Assembly (NCBI GenBank): GCA_945637645.1
Contig: CALZDK010000001.1
Coordinates: 1 to 36,983 of the forward strand
Direction of reading: 5' to 3'
Length of the DNA stretch: 36,983 bases
Source: an uncultured Prevotella sp.
GTDB taxonomy: Bacteria > Bacteroidota > Bacteroidia > Bacteroidales > Bacteroidaceae
Positions within the stretch are counted from its first letter, which is position 1. Each line of letters opens with the position of its first letter. This document shows positions 1 to 8,239 of the stretch, in pieces. A program made the translations under genes and the position numbers. The notes under the pieces were generated by a model. It searched no databases and was not told where the DNA came from. It was given only the letters and a program-made list of their open reading frames with translations.

Positions 1-20
1 ACACATGGGTCCGCCCCTAC
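1..20 (-). repeat. Truncated GTAG-family REP-like element at the window edge
   Basis: Reverse complement reads GTAGGGGCGGACCCATGTGT: a GTAG tetranucleotide followed by a GC-rich arm, as in REPs associated with RAYT transposases. The second arm would lie outside the window. Confidence 0.55.
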
Positions 21-124
21 AATCGGGAGGTTACGGCACTTCCGAAACTTAAATACATTACTTTTTTTAAAGCATTTTTTTCTATAGTAAACTGAGATTT
101 TCCGTTTACACGAAATAATATGAA

Positions 125-132
125 TAGATTTG
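125..132 (+). promoter_or_regulatory. Bacteroidota sigma-A -7 element upstream of the left cassette
   Basis: TAGATTTG followed by CA matches TAnnTTTG; no clear -33 TTTG. Confidence 0.45.
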
Positions 133-249
133 CAGGCGAAATCAGCAGTATGGTTGTTTCGGGGGATTTTTGATTAAAAACAAAAAGATACCTCAAAACC
201 AATTTTGACCTGTATTGTAGAAGGCATTAATAAACCTTCAGAAAAAAAA

Positions 250-324
250 ATGGTAGAAATAGAAACCAACTCGACGTTGGATGACTATTATATAGTGTAT
301 AACAATTTAAAACCGGTCGATTAA
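250..324 (+). CDS. Possible 24-aa leader peptide (MVEIETNSTLDDYYIVYNNLKPVD)
   Basis: ATG after an A-run (Bacteroidota-style initiation context), TAA at 322-324. Not in the ORF track; no homology recognised. Confidence 0.25.
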   Translation: MVEIETNSTLDDYYIVYNNLKPVD

Positions 325-431
325 GGAACGGCCGACAGACAAACAACCTCACCTTCACGGCGAGCGCGCATAAGAGCCGTGAGGCGGGGACAGCTCCGGA
401 GCTTCTGTTTTGTTCTGTGAAAAGAACAAAC

Positions 432-746
432 ATGGAAGCAAAAGAAAAGAAAGAGCCATCGGCTCTTGAGATTGCCTACAAAGTGGTGATGGGACTCGGC
501 TATACGCATAGCCAGCTCGTAGGAATGGGCCGTGGCGTGAACTACCCTACGCTAAGGCGCATAAGGGATGGTAAGCCTGTGAAGCAATACACAGCCGAAT
601 ACTATCGGTCTCTGTTCGTAGACCTTGTTAATAAGAAGTACGAGCAATGCGTGCGGATGGGCGGCGAAGGAGATAATGACCTTCTGCGAAAGATGCGGCT
701 GATACTGTTGGCAATGACGGGTAACAGTTCTGGTTTTAGTGAGTAG
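432..746 (+). CDS. Hypothetical protein, possible HTH DNA-binding protein
   Basis: ATG at 432. Segment YTHSQLVGMGRGVNYPTLRRIRDGK has an XRE/Cro-like helix-turn-helix pattern. Confidence 0.65.
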   Translation: MEAKEKKEPSALEIAYKVVMGLGYTHSQLVGMGRGVNYPTLRRIRDGKPVKQYTAEYYRSLFVDLVNKKYEQCVRMGGEGDNDLLRKMRLILLAMTGNSSGFSE

Positions 747-802
747 TGAAAAGATGACGGGGGTGTATTTCACTAACTATTTCACTGCTCACGGAATCGC
801 CT

Positions 803-810
803 TAACTTTG
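803..810 (+). promoter_or_regulatory. -7 promoter element for the DUF3127 gene
   Basis: TAACTTTG followed by CA, 23 nt upstream of ATG 834. Confidence 0.6.
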
Positions 811-833
811 CATCGAACAAAAAAAAGAAAGAA

Positions 834-1166
834 ATGACAGACAGAAATTTCAAAGTCACCGACATGCTGCCAGTGCAGCAGGGTGAGAGCGAGAGAGGAC
901 CTTGGAGGTCGCAGGACATCATTGTGGAGTCAACAGAGAACGTGCAGTATCCCGACCGGCTGCTGCTCCGCTTCAGCGGAAACGCTGTGGACATGCTTGC
1001 CGAAGTGAAGGTGGGCATGGTGGTGAAGGCTTGGTGGTCGGCAAACGTAAGACAGTTCAAGACCCGCGACGGCAGAGACTGCTTTGCCCAGGAGCTGCGC
1101 TGCTGGAAGATTGAGCCTGTGGCTGCCGAGGTGGAAACCAATGAGAAGGAGGAAAAATTGTTTTAA
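834..1166 (+). CDS. DUF3127 family OB-fold, SSB-like protein
   Basis: LPVQQGES..GPWRSQDIIVE...YP...F and LRCWKIE motifs, acidic C-terminal tail ending in LF. Confidence 0.8.
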   Translation: MTDRNFKVTDMLPVQQGESERGPWRSQDIIVESTENVQYPDRLLLRFSGNAVDMLAEVKVGMVVKAWWSANVRQFKTRDGRDCFAQELRCWKIEPVAAEVETNEKEEKLF

Positions 1167-1268
1167 TTAATCTTGAGTGACGGCGGGCTACGCGGAGAGA
1201 GTTCACGTGAAAAAAATGGCCATACTCTTTTCAAGACGCTCTCTGACACTCGCAAACATTCAAGAAAA

Positions 1269-1640
1269 ATGAAACAAGAAAATTCAATTTTTGCAAAGGA
1301 GGTGAGCCTTCAGGGCTGCGCCTTCATCAACGAGAGTGTCAACTTGTTTTCGTTCGCTCCCGACGATCCTGTGCCCGGACTTGTGCCGCGCTTCCGCAGC
1401 TACGGCACTGCACAGCAGATGACCGACGGAACGTTTGACTTTGTGCCTCATCCGAGAATCAGGGCAAACTCGAAACTGATAAAGAAGTTGGCACACGGCA
1501 GAGCTTCCGAAACGCGCGACGGTGCAATTCAGCTCACGCTGAAAGTGTTTAAGACCGAAGGCGTGAACATCAACGAGACTATTCTGTCCGAGGCAGTTGA
1601 GGCTGCCAAGGCAATACGTGAGTATCAACTTAAACGCTAA
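1269..1640 (+). CDS. Hypothetical protein (123 aa)
   Basis: ATG at 1269 in A-rich context; ends 6 nt before the primase gene. The upstream TTG start in the ORF track lies within a hairpin. Confidence 0.7.
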   Translation: MKQENSIFAKEVSLQGCAFINESVNLFSFAPDDPVPGLVPRFRSYGTAQQMTDGTFDFVPHPRIRANSKLIKKLAHGRASETRDGAIQLTLKVFKTEGVNINETILSEAVEAAKAIREYQLKR

Positions 1641-1646
1641 AGGAAT

Positions 1647-3956
1647 ATGAGTGTACACAATATTTATATTAAGGACGGATGCAAGATGATGCATCCGATC
1701 CTTAACCGTGAGGAGTATGTGGCTCTGCGCGACAGCGACGAGAACAGAATGGCGGAGAAGAGCCGTATGGTGCAGATGAATTACTCTTGTCTGCCAAACG
1801 ACGACGGTTCGCTGAAAGGCAGCAAGAGAATGTCCACTACGGTGGGTATGGACGTGGATTTAGCACCCTCCGACTCTCTCAATGGTGAGCAAACGTCGGT
1901 GGAGAACATTCAGACCATCATAGACCATGCCCTTGAGATTAAGGATGAGCTTGGGCTGATGATGCTGGAACGATCGGCAACGAAGGGTCTGCACGTGGTG
2001 TTTCGCCGCCGTCTTGAGCTCTCGCAGGAGGAGAACCTGAAATGGGCATCCAAGTTGCTCGGAGTGGCTTACGACAAGAATGCCAAGGACATTACGAGGG
2101 TGTTTTATACGCCTGCCGATAAGTTGGTGTTCCTGGACGACGAAATCTTTTCGCTGGAAGAGGCTGCCGCATCGCACGAGGGAACTGCTCCATCGCACGA
2201 AGTTGCACCTGCATCGCACGAGGAAACCCGCAGTGAGAAGACTGCTCCTGTCTATGCTTCGAAAGCGTCGCTGAAAGCCTTCGACCTCTGCGTGGAGGCT
2301 GCAGGACTAAATGCCGACAAACTGGACGTTTGGGGCGATCACAACTGGCACAACAACCTTATGGCGGTGCTTTCGGTGGGTCTGCCAAAGCTCATGAGCA
2401 AGGAGCAACTCCTTGCCGTGGTTAAGGAGCGGCTGAGGAACTATGGCGAGACGGCGGACTGCAGGAAACTGATAGACTATTTCTACGAGAAATACACTGC
2501 CGACAAGGGTTTTATGCCCGTTACTCTGCGCAACATCAACGCCACGGCGCAGAATATGGCAAACTGTGAGGAAAACGAAGACGACAAGGAACTGAAAGAA
2601 CTGACAGCCGGATGGCAACCGCCCAAGCTGCCAAATAAGATACCGCGGCTGATGAAGCTGCTTGCGGGAAACTACGACCCACGTTTCCGTGAGATGCTGA
2701 TGCTTTCGGCATTGCCTGTGTTGTCTGCCCACGCCAGCCGTTTCCGTGCCACCTACTTGAACGGAAGGGTAATAGGACCTCAGCAGTATGTGGCTGTGAT
2801 TGGTTCCAGCGGATCAGGAAAAGGCAACTGCACCGCACTATACAACGAGATGGTGAGCTATACGTTGCAACAAAACGACGAACAGGAATGGCAGAAAGTG
2901 AAGGAGAACGCCGAGCTGCGCGACAAGAAGGCAAACGCCAAGGAGCGTCCGCCAAAATATCACCCCAAACTGCGCCTGTTTGAGACAACGTCGAAGTCGT
3001 CGATACTGGAGCTTCAGACCAATCTCGGACCCAACGGAATGTTGCTTGGACATTTTTCGGAGGTTGACGGACTGTCGAGTTCCGCGCGCGCTGCCTATTC
3101 CGACATCAGTGTGCTCTTAAGAAAAGGCTGGGACATGGATGTGCAGCGGCAGTACTATATGAGCGACTCCACTTGTAACACCTACACACAGATGAGCATC
3201 TCTTTGCTCATGGCAGGAACGCCGAAGGCAATGCTGGAGCGCATGTTCAGCGACAACAACTGTGAGGGAGGACTGATGCAGCGCTGCATTCCGGTATTGG
3301 TTCCAAAGACAAAGCGTGCTTTTCGTCCGCCACGCCAGAATTACCTGTCGGAGGAAGAGAAGAAGGAGCGCGACCAACTCATCATCAAGCTCTACCAGAA
3401 AGACCTTGCCTTGGGAGAAGGTACGCAGCTGCTTGACACACCGATGACAAACCGGGCAATAGGACAATGGTTTGACGAATTGGAGGAACGCTACAACGAC
3501 GGACTTCTTTCTGAGGCAGAAGCCGACCTCTCCCACCGCTGCGGCGAGATTATGCTCAGGGCTGCCATACCGCTTGTTGCCCTCTATGGGGAAGAGACAA
3601 AGGAGATTGTGGATTTCTGCCGATGGGTGGGCGAGACAGCCCACTACTCCATGTGCCGCATCTTCGGTCACAGAGTGCAAAACAACATTGCCCACGCCAA
3701 CGAGTTGCTTGCCGAACGCCTTGACTCACGCAAGACCGCCGAGCCTTTGCTCAACAAGATGCCAATGGTGTTCACCATAAAGCAGTTCAAGGAAATGCGA
3801 GAGAAGGAAGGTCAGAGTCCTGAGGTGAGGATGCTGCTGAGCCGTTACTGCAAAAACGGGAAACTGGAACGCGTCGGGCGTGGTGTCTATCGAAAGTTGG
3901 AACCTGAGGAAAGTAAATGTAACATAGTAACTGATACAAAACTGACAGACCAATGA
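1647..3956 (+). CDS. BT4734-like (AEP superfamily) primase-polymerase fused to a DUF3987 P-loop domain and C-terminal winged helix
   Basis: AEP-like motifs MDVD, RSATKGLH, KDITR; Walker A GSSGSGKG; GGLMQRC arginine-finger-like motif; wHTH-like LLSRYCKNGKLERVGRGVYRK. Confidence 0.75.
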   Translation: MSVHNIYIKDGCKMMHPILNREEYVALRDSDENRMAEKSRMVQMNYSCLPNDDGSLKGSKRMSTTVGMDVDLAPSDSLNGEQTSVENIQTIIDHALEIKDELGLMMLERSATKGLHVVFRRRLELSQEENLKWASKLLGVAYDKNAKDITRVFYTPADKLVFLDDEIFSLEEAAASHEGTAPSHEVAPASHEETRSEKTAPVYASKASLKAFDLCVEAAGLNADKLDVWGDHNWHNNLMAVLSVGLPKLMSKEQLLAVVKERLRNYGETADCRKLIDYFYEKYTADKGFMPVTLRNINATAQNMANCEENEDDKELKELTAGWQPPKLPNKIPRLMKLLAGNYDPRFREMLMLSALPVLSAHASRFRATYLNGRVIGPQQYVAVIGSSGSGKGNCTALYNEMVSYTLQQNDEQEWQKVKENAELRDKKANAKERPPKYHPKLRLFETTSKSSILELQTNLGPNGMLLGHFSEVDGLSSSARAAYSDISVLLRKGWDMDVQRQYYMSDSTCNTYTQMSISLLMAGTPKAMLERMFSDNNCEGGLMQRCIPVLVPKTKRAFRPPRQNYLSEEEKKERDQLIIKLYQKDLALGEGTQLLDTPMTNRAIGQWFDELEERYNDGLLSEAEADLSHRCGEIMLRAAIPLVALYGEETKEIVDFCRWVGETAHYSMCRIFGHRVQNNIAHANELLAERLDSRKTAEPLLNKMPMVFTIKQFKEMREKEGQSPEVRMLLSRYCKNGKLERVGRGVYRKLEPEESKCNIVTDTKLTDQ
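2170..2221 (+). repeat. Three 21-bp-period in-frame repeats (core CATCGCACGA) in the interdomain linker
   Basis: Core at 2170, 2191 and 2212; encodes AASHEGT/APSHEVA/PASHEET. Confidence 0.85.
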
Positions 3957-4504
3957 AGATACTTTTAAGGCGCATCTACCTGAGAGAGAACTTCACCGTA
4001 GGCTGTCTGCAGGTGATTCTTAGCGGGAAATACGAGAGTGAATACATAGCATTGTCCACACTTAAGCCCCACCTTAACGGTGGGCTGTGGACAACGCTTG
4101 CCGACACCATTGAGCCTCGTGCCATAGCTTGGGAAGACAAGCCTCTGATTGGCCAGAAACGTGAGGAACGCATTGCAGGACTGACGGCAATAGCCGAAGG
4201 CACTTACCGGGTCACGTTGCGCGACTCGAAGACCTACAAACGCAAGATGCCAACACTCGTAGGAGTGCCTGAGTTCAGGAACATTGTGTTGCGTACGGGG
4301 AAGAACGTGAGACAGACAAGGGGCGAGATACTTGTGGGCAGGCTTGCTCCTTCTGCTGAAGGTCATCCGGCTGACAACCCTCTGTTGGAAGAGTCGCGCA
4401 AGATTTTTAATCTTCTGTTCAATATCATAGAGGAGGCAATGGACTACGGCGAGAAGGTGAGTATAGAGGTGAGCAGTCCAAAGGGCTGGACTTATCCCTC
4501 TTAG
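3953..4504 (+). CDS. DUF5675 family protein with degenerate active site
   Basis: MKILLRR...T.G.L, DTIEP, TAIAEGTY, P.L..VP.F and G.ILVG motifs; ATGA overlap with the upstream gene. Confidence 0.8.
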   Translation: MKILLRRIYLRENFTVGCLQVILSGKYESEYIALSTLKPHLNGGLWTTLADTIEPRAIAWEDKPLIGQKREERIAGLTAIAEGTYRVTLRDSKTYKRKMPTLVGVPEFRNIVLRTGKNVRQTRGEILVGRLAPSAEGHPADNPLLEESRKIFNLLFNIIEEAMDYGEKVSIEVSSPKGWTYPS

Positions 4505-4560
4505 TTCAAATTGGTATAGCCCAGCTCCGCCGACACTCGTGAGCAGTGGGGGAGGGGAAA

Positions 4561-4605
4561 CGAGAAAACCGCAAGCCCTTATTTGAGTGGAACTTGCGGT
4601 TTTCG
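4561..4605. terminator. Hairpin between the convergent DUF5675 and tRNA-Cys genes
   Basis: GAAAACCGCAAG ... CTTGCGGTTTTC inverted repeat. Confidence 0.7.
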
Positions 4606-4610
4606 CTTTG

Positions 4611-4681
4611 AGGTACCTAGCAGAGTCGAACTGCTCTACACGGTTTTGCAGACCGTTACCTAACCGATCGGCCAAGGTACC
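4611..4681 (-). tRNA. tRNA-Cys (GCA), CCA not encoded
   Basis: Minus strand GGTACCTTGGCCGATCGGTTAGGTAACGGTCTGCAAAACCGTGTAGAGCAGTTCGACTCTGCTAGGTACCT: acceptor stem GGTACCT/AGGTACC, anticodon loop CTGCAAA, T-loop TTCGACT, discriminator U. Confidence 0.97.
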
Positions 4682-4699
4682 ATTGCTCATTTGCGGGTG

Positions 4700-4731
4700 C
4701 AAAGGTACTGCTTTTTTTTCGTTCCACCAAA
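4700..4731 (-). promoter_or_regulatory. Sigma-A promoter of tRNA-Cys
   Basis: TTTG (4728-4731), 20-nt spacer, TACCTTTG (4700-4707) on the minus strand. Confidence 0.85.
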
Positions 4732-4794
4732 CTTTTCTCCGTTTTTTTTCGTTTAATAATGAAAAAAGATGGGTAAAGAGGGTGAAGACAAGAG

Positions 4795-4855
4795 AAAAGA
4801 GGCAGCTGCGGGGGAAATGCTCCGGGGGTGGAGTCGTGCAGCTACCTCTTTTTTT
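4795..4855 (-). terminator. Intrinsic terminator downstream of carB
   Basis: AAAAGAGGCAGCTGC ... GCAGCTACCTCTTTT inverted repeat with A/T tracts. Confidence 0.7.
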
Positions 4856-4874
4856 GCTTCATGCCTTGCAGGGG

Positions 4875-7800
4875 CTATGCGTTATACTCCTGCCATGACT
4901 TTATCTTTATGTCGTCGAGCGACATTGAGCAGAACGCCTCTATGAATGCCTTGGCGAGGCGGACGTTGGTCATGAGCGGAATGTTGTGGTCGATGGCTCC
5001 ACGGCGTATGCGGTAGCCGTTGGTCAACTCGCGCTTTGTCTGGTTTTTCGGCACGTTGATGATGAGGTCGAACTTGTGGTTGGCAATCATGTCCATCACC
5101 TTGTTGTCGCCGTCCTCGTCGGGCCATGACACTGCTGTGGATTTCACTCCGTTCTCCTGAAGGAACTTTGCCGTTCCCTCTGTTGCGAAGATGTTGTAGC
5201 CAGCCTTTGCCAACCGTGTGATTGGTTCGAGGAGGTCCACCTTGCCTTTCAGTCCGCCTGAGGAGACGAGGATGTTGCGGCGCGGAATGTTGTAGCCTGT
5301 GGCTATCATGGCGTTGAGGAGAGCCTCGTTGAAGTCGTCGCCGAGACATCCCACTTCTCCTGTGGAGCTCATGTCCACTCCGAGCACGGGGTCGGCATTC
5401 TGCAGACGGGCGAATGAGAACTGCGACGCCTTGACGCCTATGCGGTCGATGTCGAACTCGCTCTTTGAAGGACGCTCGTATGGTGCGTCGAGCATGATGC
5501 GTGTGGCGGTGTCGATGAGGTTGCGCTTTAGAATCTTGCTCACGAAGGGGAAGGAACGCGAGGCGCGGAGGTTGCACTCGATGACCTTGATGTCGCTGCC
5601 CTTGGCAAGATACTGAATGTTGAACGGTCCGCTGATGTTTAGCTCCTTGGCTATGCGTCGCGATATTTTCTTTATGCGGCGTATGGTGGAGAAATAGATG
5701 TTTTGAGCGGGGAAGACCATGGTGGCGTCGCCTGAGTGCACTCCGGCATACTCTATGTGCTCGGAAATGGCATACTCTATCACCTCACCCTTGTCTGCCA
5801 CGGCGTCGAACTCTATCTCCTTGGTGTCTTGCATAAACTGCGAAACGACCACAGGGAAGTCTTTGCTCACCTCTGTTGCCATCTGCAGGAAGCGCTCCAG
5901 TTCGTCGTAGCTGTAGCAGACGTTCATGGCTGCTCCGGAGAGCACGTATGACGGACGCACGAGCACGGGGAAGCCCACCTGTGCAACAAACTCCTTGATG
6001 TCGTCGAAGGAGGTGAGGGCTCGCCACGCTGGCTGGTCGATGCCGAGGCGGTCGAGCATGGCAGAGAACTTGTCGCGGTTTTCGGCGCGGTCGATGTCGG
6101 TGGGCGATGTGCCGAGGATGGGCACTCCGTAGTTGTGGAGACGCATGGCGAGGTTGTTTGGTATCTGTCCGCCCATGCTTATGATCACTCCTCGCGGCTG
6201 CTCAAGGTCGATGATGTCGAGAACACGCTCTAACGAGAGCTCGTCGAAATAGAGGCGGTCGCACATGTCGTAGTCGGTAGATACGGTCTCGGGGTTGTAG
6301 TTTATCATTATCGACTTGTAGCCGAGCTTTCGTGCGGTGTTTACGGCGTTCACCGAACACCAGTCGAATTCCACCGACGAACCGATTCGATAAGCTCCTG
6401 ATCCAAGCACAACTACAGACTTTTGGTTCTTGTAGAAGTCGATGTCTGAATCCTCCACGGCGTAGGTCATGTAGAGATAGTTGGTGAGCTCTGGATGTTC
6501 GCTTGCCACGGTGTTGATGCGCTTCACGGCAGGCACTATTCCCTTTGCTTTGCGGTGGCGTCTCACCTGTGCGTTCTCCTTCTCCATGTTGCCTGATTTT
6601 GGCTTTAGCACGAAGCGGCTTATCTGGAAGTCGGAGAATCCTGCGATTTTCGCCTCTTTGAGCAGCTCGTCGGGCAGTTCGTCGAGGTTGTCGTATTTCT
6701 GCAGCTCGTGTTTGAGGTCCACGATGTGTTTCAGTCGCTCTAAGAACCACACGTCAATCTTTGTCAGTTCCTCAATGCGCTCAATGGTGTAGCCCTCTTC
6801 GAGAGCCTGTGCTATTGCGAAGATGCGGAGGTCGGTGGGATTCTGCAGCTCGTTTTCGAGGTCGTCGAAGCGTGTGTGGTCGTTGCCCACGAATCCGTGC
6901 ATTCCCTGTCCAATCATTCTGAGTCCCTTTTGTATCATTTCCTCGAATGAACGTCCGATAGCCATTATCTCTCCCACAGACTTCATGGAAGAACCGATGA
7001 GTCGGCTCACGCCTGCAAACTTGGTGAGGTCCCAACGTGGAATCTTGCATATCATGTAGTCGAGCTGTGGTGCCACGTAGGCAGAGTTAGGTGTCCCCAT
7101 TTCGCCTATCTGGTCGAGGGTGTAGCCTAATGCTATCTTAGCAGCCACGAATGCCAACGGATAGCCTGTTGCCTTGGAGGCGAGGGCAGAGGAGCGGCTG
7201 AGTCGTGCGTTAACCTCAATGATGCGGTAGTCGTTGGTCTGTGCGTTGAAGGCGAACTGGATGTTACACTCGCCCACGATGCCGAGATGGCGAACGCAGT
7301 CGATGGAAATCTCCTGCAGCATCTTCACCTGTTCGTCGGTGAGCGAGCATGTTGGAGCCACCACTATTGATTCTCCCGTATGGATGCCGAGAGGGTCGAA
7401 ATTCTCCATCGAGGCAACGGTGAAGCAATGGTCGTTGGCATCGCGAATAACCTCAAACTCAATCTCTTTCCAACCTTTGAGCGACTCCTCCACGAGTATT
7501 TGCGGAGCGAAGGTGAAGGCGCTTCCTGCCAGTTCCTTAAACTGTTCCTCGTCGCGGCAGATGCCCGATCCGAGTCCGCCGAGGGCGTAGGCCGAGCGAA
7601 TCATTATAGGGAAGCCTATGCGGTGTGCTGCAGCCAACGCGTCGTCCATGTTCTCCACTGCCTGACTGACAGGAGTCTTCAGGTTCTTCTCGTCGAGCTT
7701 GCGCACAAAGAGGTCGCGGTCCTCGGTGTTCATTATAGCCTCCACGGAAGTGCCGAGCACCTCAACGCCAAACTCGCTCAGCGTGCCGTTGGTGTAGAGT

Positions 7801-8096
7801 TCCGTACCGCAGTTGAGCGCCGTTTGTCCGCCAAAGGCGAGCAGTATGCCGTCGGGTCGCTCCTTGCGTATTATCTCTGTCACGAAATGGGTGTTGACAG
7901 GCAGGAAATACACCTTGTCGGCAATGCCTTCCGAGGTTTGTATGGTGGCGATGTTTGGGTTTACGAGCACGGAGGAGATGCCCTCGTCGCGCAGAGCCTT
8001 CAACGCCTGCGAGCCAGAGTAGTCGAACTCGCCAGCCTGTCCGATTTTCAATGCGCCCGATCCGAGTACGAGCACCTTAGTGAGTTTCTTTTTCAT
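4875..8096 (-). CDS. carB: Carbamoyl-phosphate synthase large subunit
   Basis: LGSGALKIGQAGEFDYSG, duplicated ATP-grasp domain (GSGAYRIGSSVEFDW), C-terminal MGS domain; 1073 aa. Confidence 0.98.
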   Translation of the reverse strand: MKKKLTKVLVLGSGALKIGQAGEFDYSGSQALKALRDEGISSVLVNPNIATIQTSEGIADKVYFLPVNTHFVTEIIRKERPDGILLAFGGQTALNCGTELYTNGTLSEFGVEVLGTSVEAIMNTEDRDLFVRKLDEKNLKTPVSQAVENMDDALAAAHRIGFPIMIRSAYALGGLGSGICRDEEQFKELAGSAFTFAPQILVEESLKGWKEIEFEVIRDANDHCFTVASMENFDPLGIHTGESIVVAPTCSLTDEQVKMLQEISIDCVRHLGIVGECNIQFAFNAQTNDYRIIEVNARLSRSSALASKATGYPLAFVAAKIALGYTLDQIGEMGTPNSAYVAPQLDYMICKIPRWDLTKFAGVSRLIGSSMKSVGEIMAIGRSFEEMIQKGLRMIGQGMHGFVGNDHTRFDDLENELQNPTDLRIFAIAQALEEGYTIERIEELTKIDVWFLERLKHIVDLKHELQKYDNLDELPDELLKEAKIAGFSDFQISRFVLKPKSGNMEKENAQVRRHRKAKGIVPAVKRINTVASEHPELTNYLYMTYAVEDSDIDFYKNQKSVVVLGSGAYRIGSSVEFDWCSVNAVNTARKLGYKSIMINYNPETVSTDYDMCDRLYFDELSLERVLDIIDLEQPRGVIISMGGQIPNNLAMRLHNYGVPILGTSPTDIDRAENRDKFSAMLDRLGIDQPAWRALTSFDDIKEFVAQVGFPVLVRPSYVLSGAAMNVCYSYDELERFLQMATEVSKDFPVVVSQFMQDTKEIEFDAVADKGEVIEYAISEHIEYAGVHSGDATMVFPAQNIYFSTIRRIKKISRRIAKELNISGPFNIQYLAKGSDIKVIECNLRASRSFPFVSKILKRNLIDTATRIMLDAPYERPSKSEFDIDRIGVKASQFSFARLQNADPVLGVDMSSTGEVGCLGDDFNEALLNAMIATGYNIPRRNILVSSGGLKGKVDLLEPITRLAKAGYNIFATEGTAKFLQENGVKSTAVSWPDEDGDNKVMDMIANHKFDLIINVPKNQTKRELTNGYRIRRGAIDHNIPLMTNVRLAKAFIEAFCSMSLDDIKIKSWQEYNA

Positions 8097-8151
8097 ATCA
8101 ATGTCAGTTGTTTAAAGATTCATAAATCAAGATTTTTAGTCCAAAACTGTG

Positions 8152-8159
8152 CAAAGTTA
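8152..8159 (-). promoter_or_regulatory. -7 element of the carB promoter
   Basis: TAACTTTG followed by CA on the minus strand. Confidence 0.6.
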
Positions 8160-8239
8160 CACTATTTATCTGAAAAACGGCGTATATCAGGCGATAATTA
8201 AGATTTTTTTTGATAATACGCTTCTTTGTGGCAGTCGGA

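Noticed and set aside
325-420. Possible retron msr/msd, group II intron domain V or known ribozyme
   Set aside because: No reverse transcriptase in the window, GAGCCGTGAGGCGGGGA lacks the downstream complementary strand of domain V, and no ribozyme core could be matched by eye. Kept only as an unassigned structured leader.
4875-8096. carB without an adjacent carA
   Set aside because: Unlinked carB copies are common in Bacteroidales; carA is probably elsewhere in the genome.
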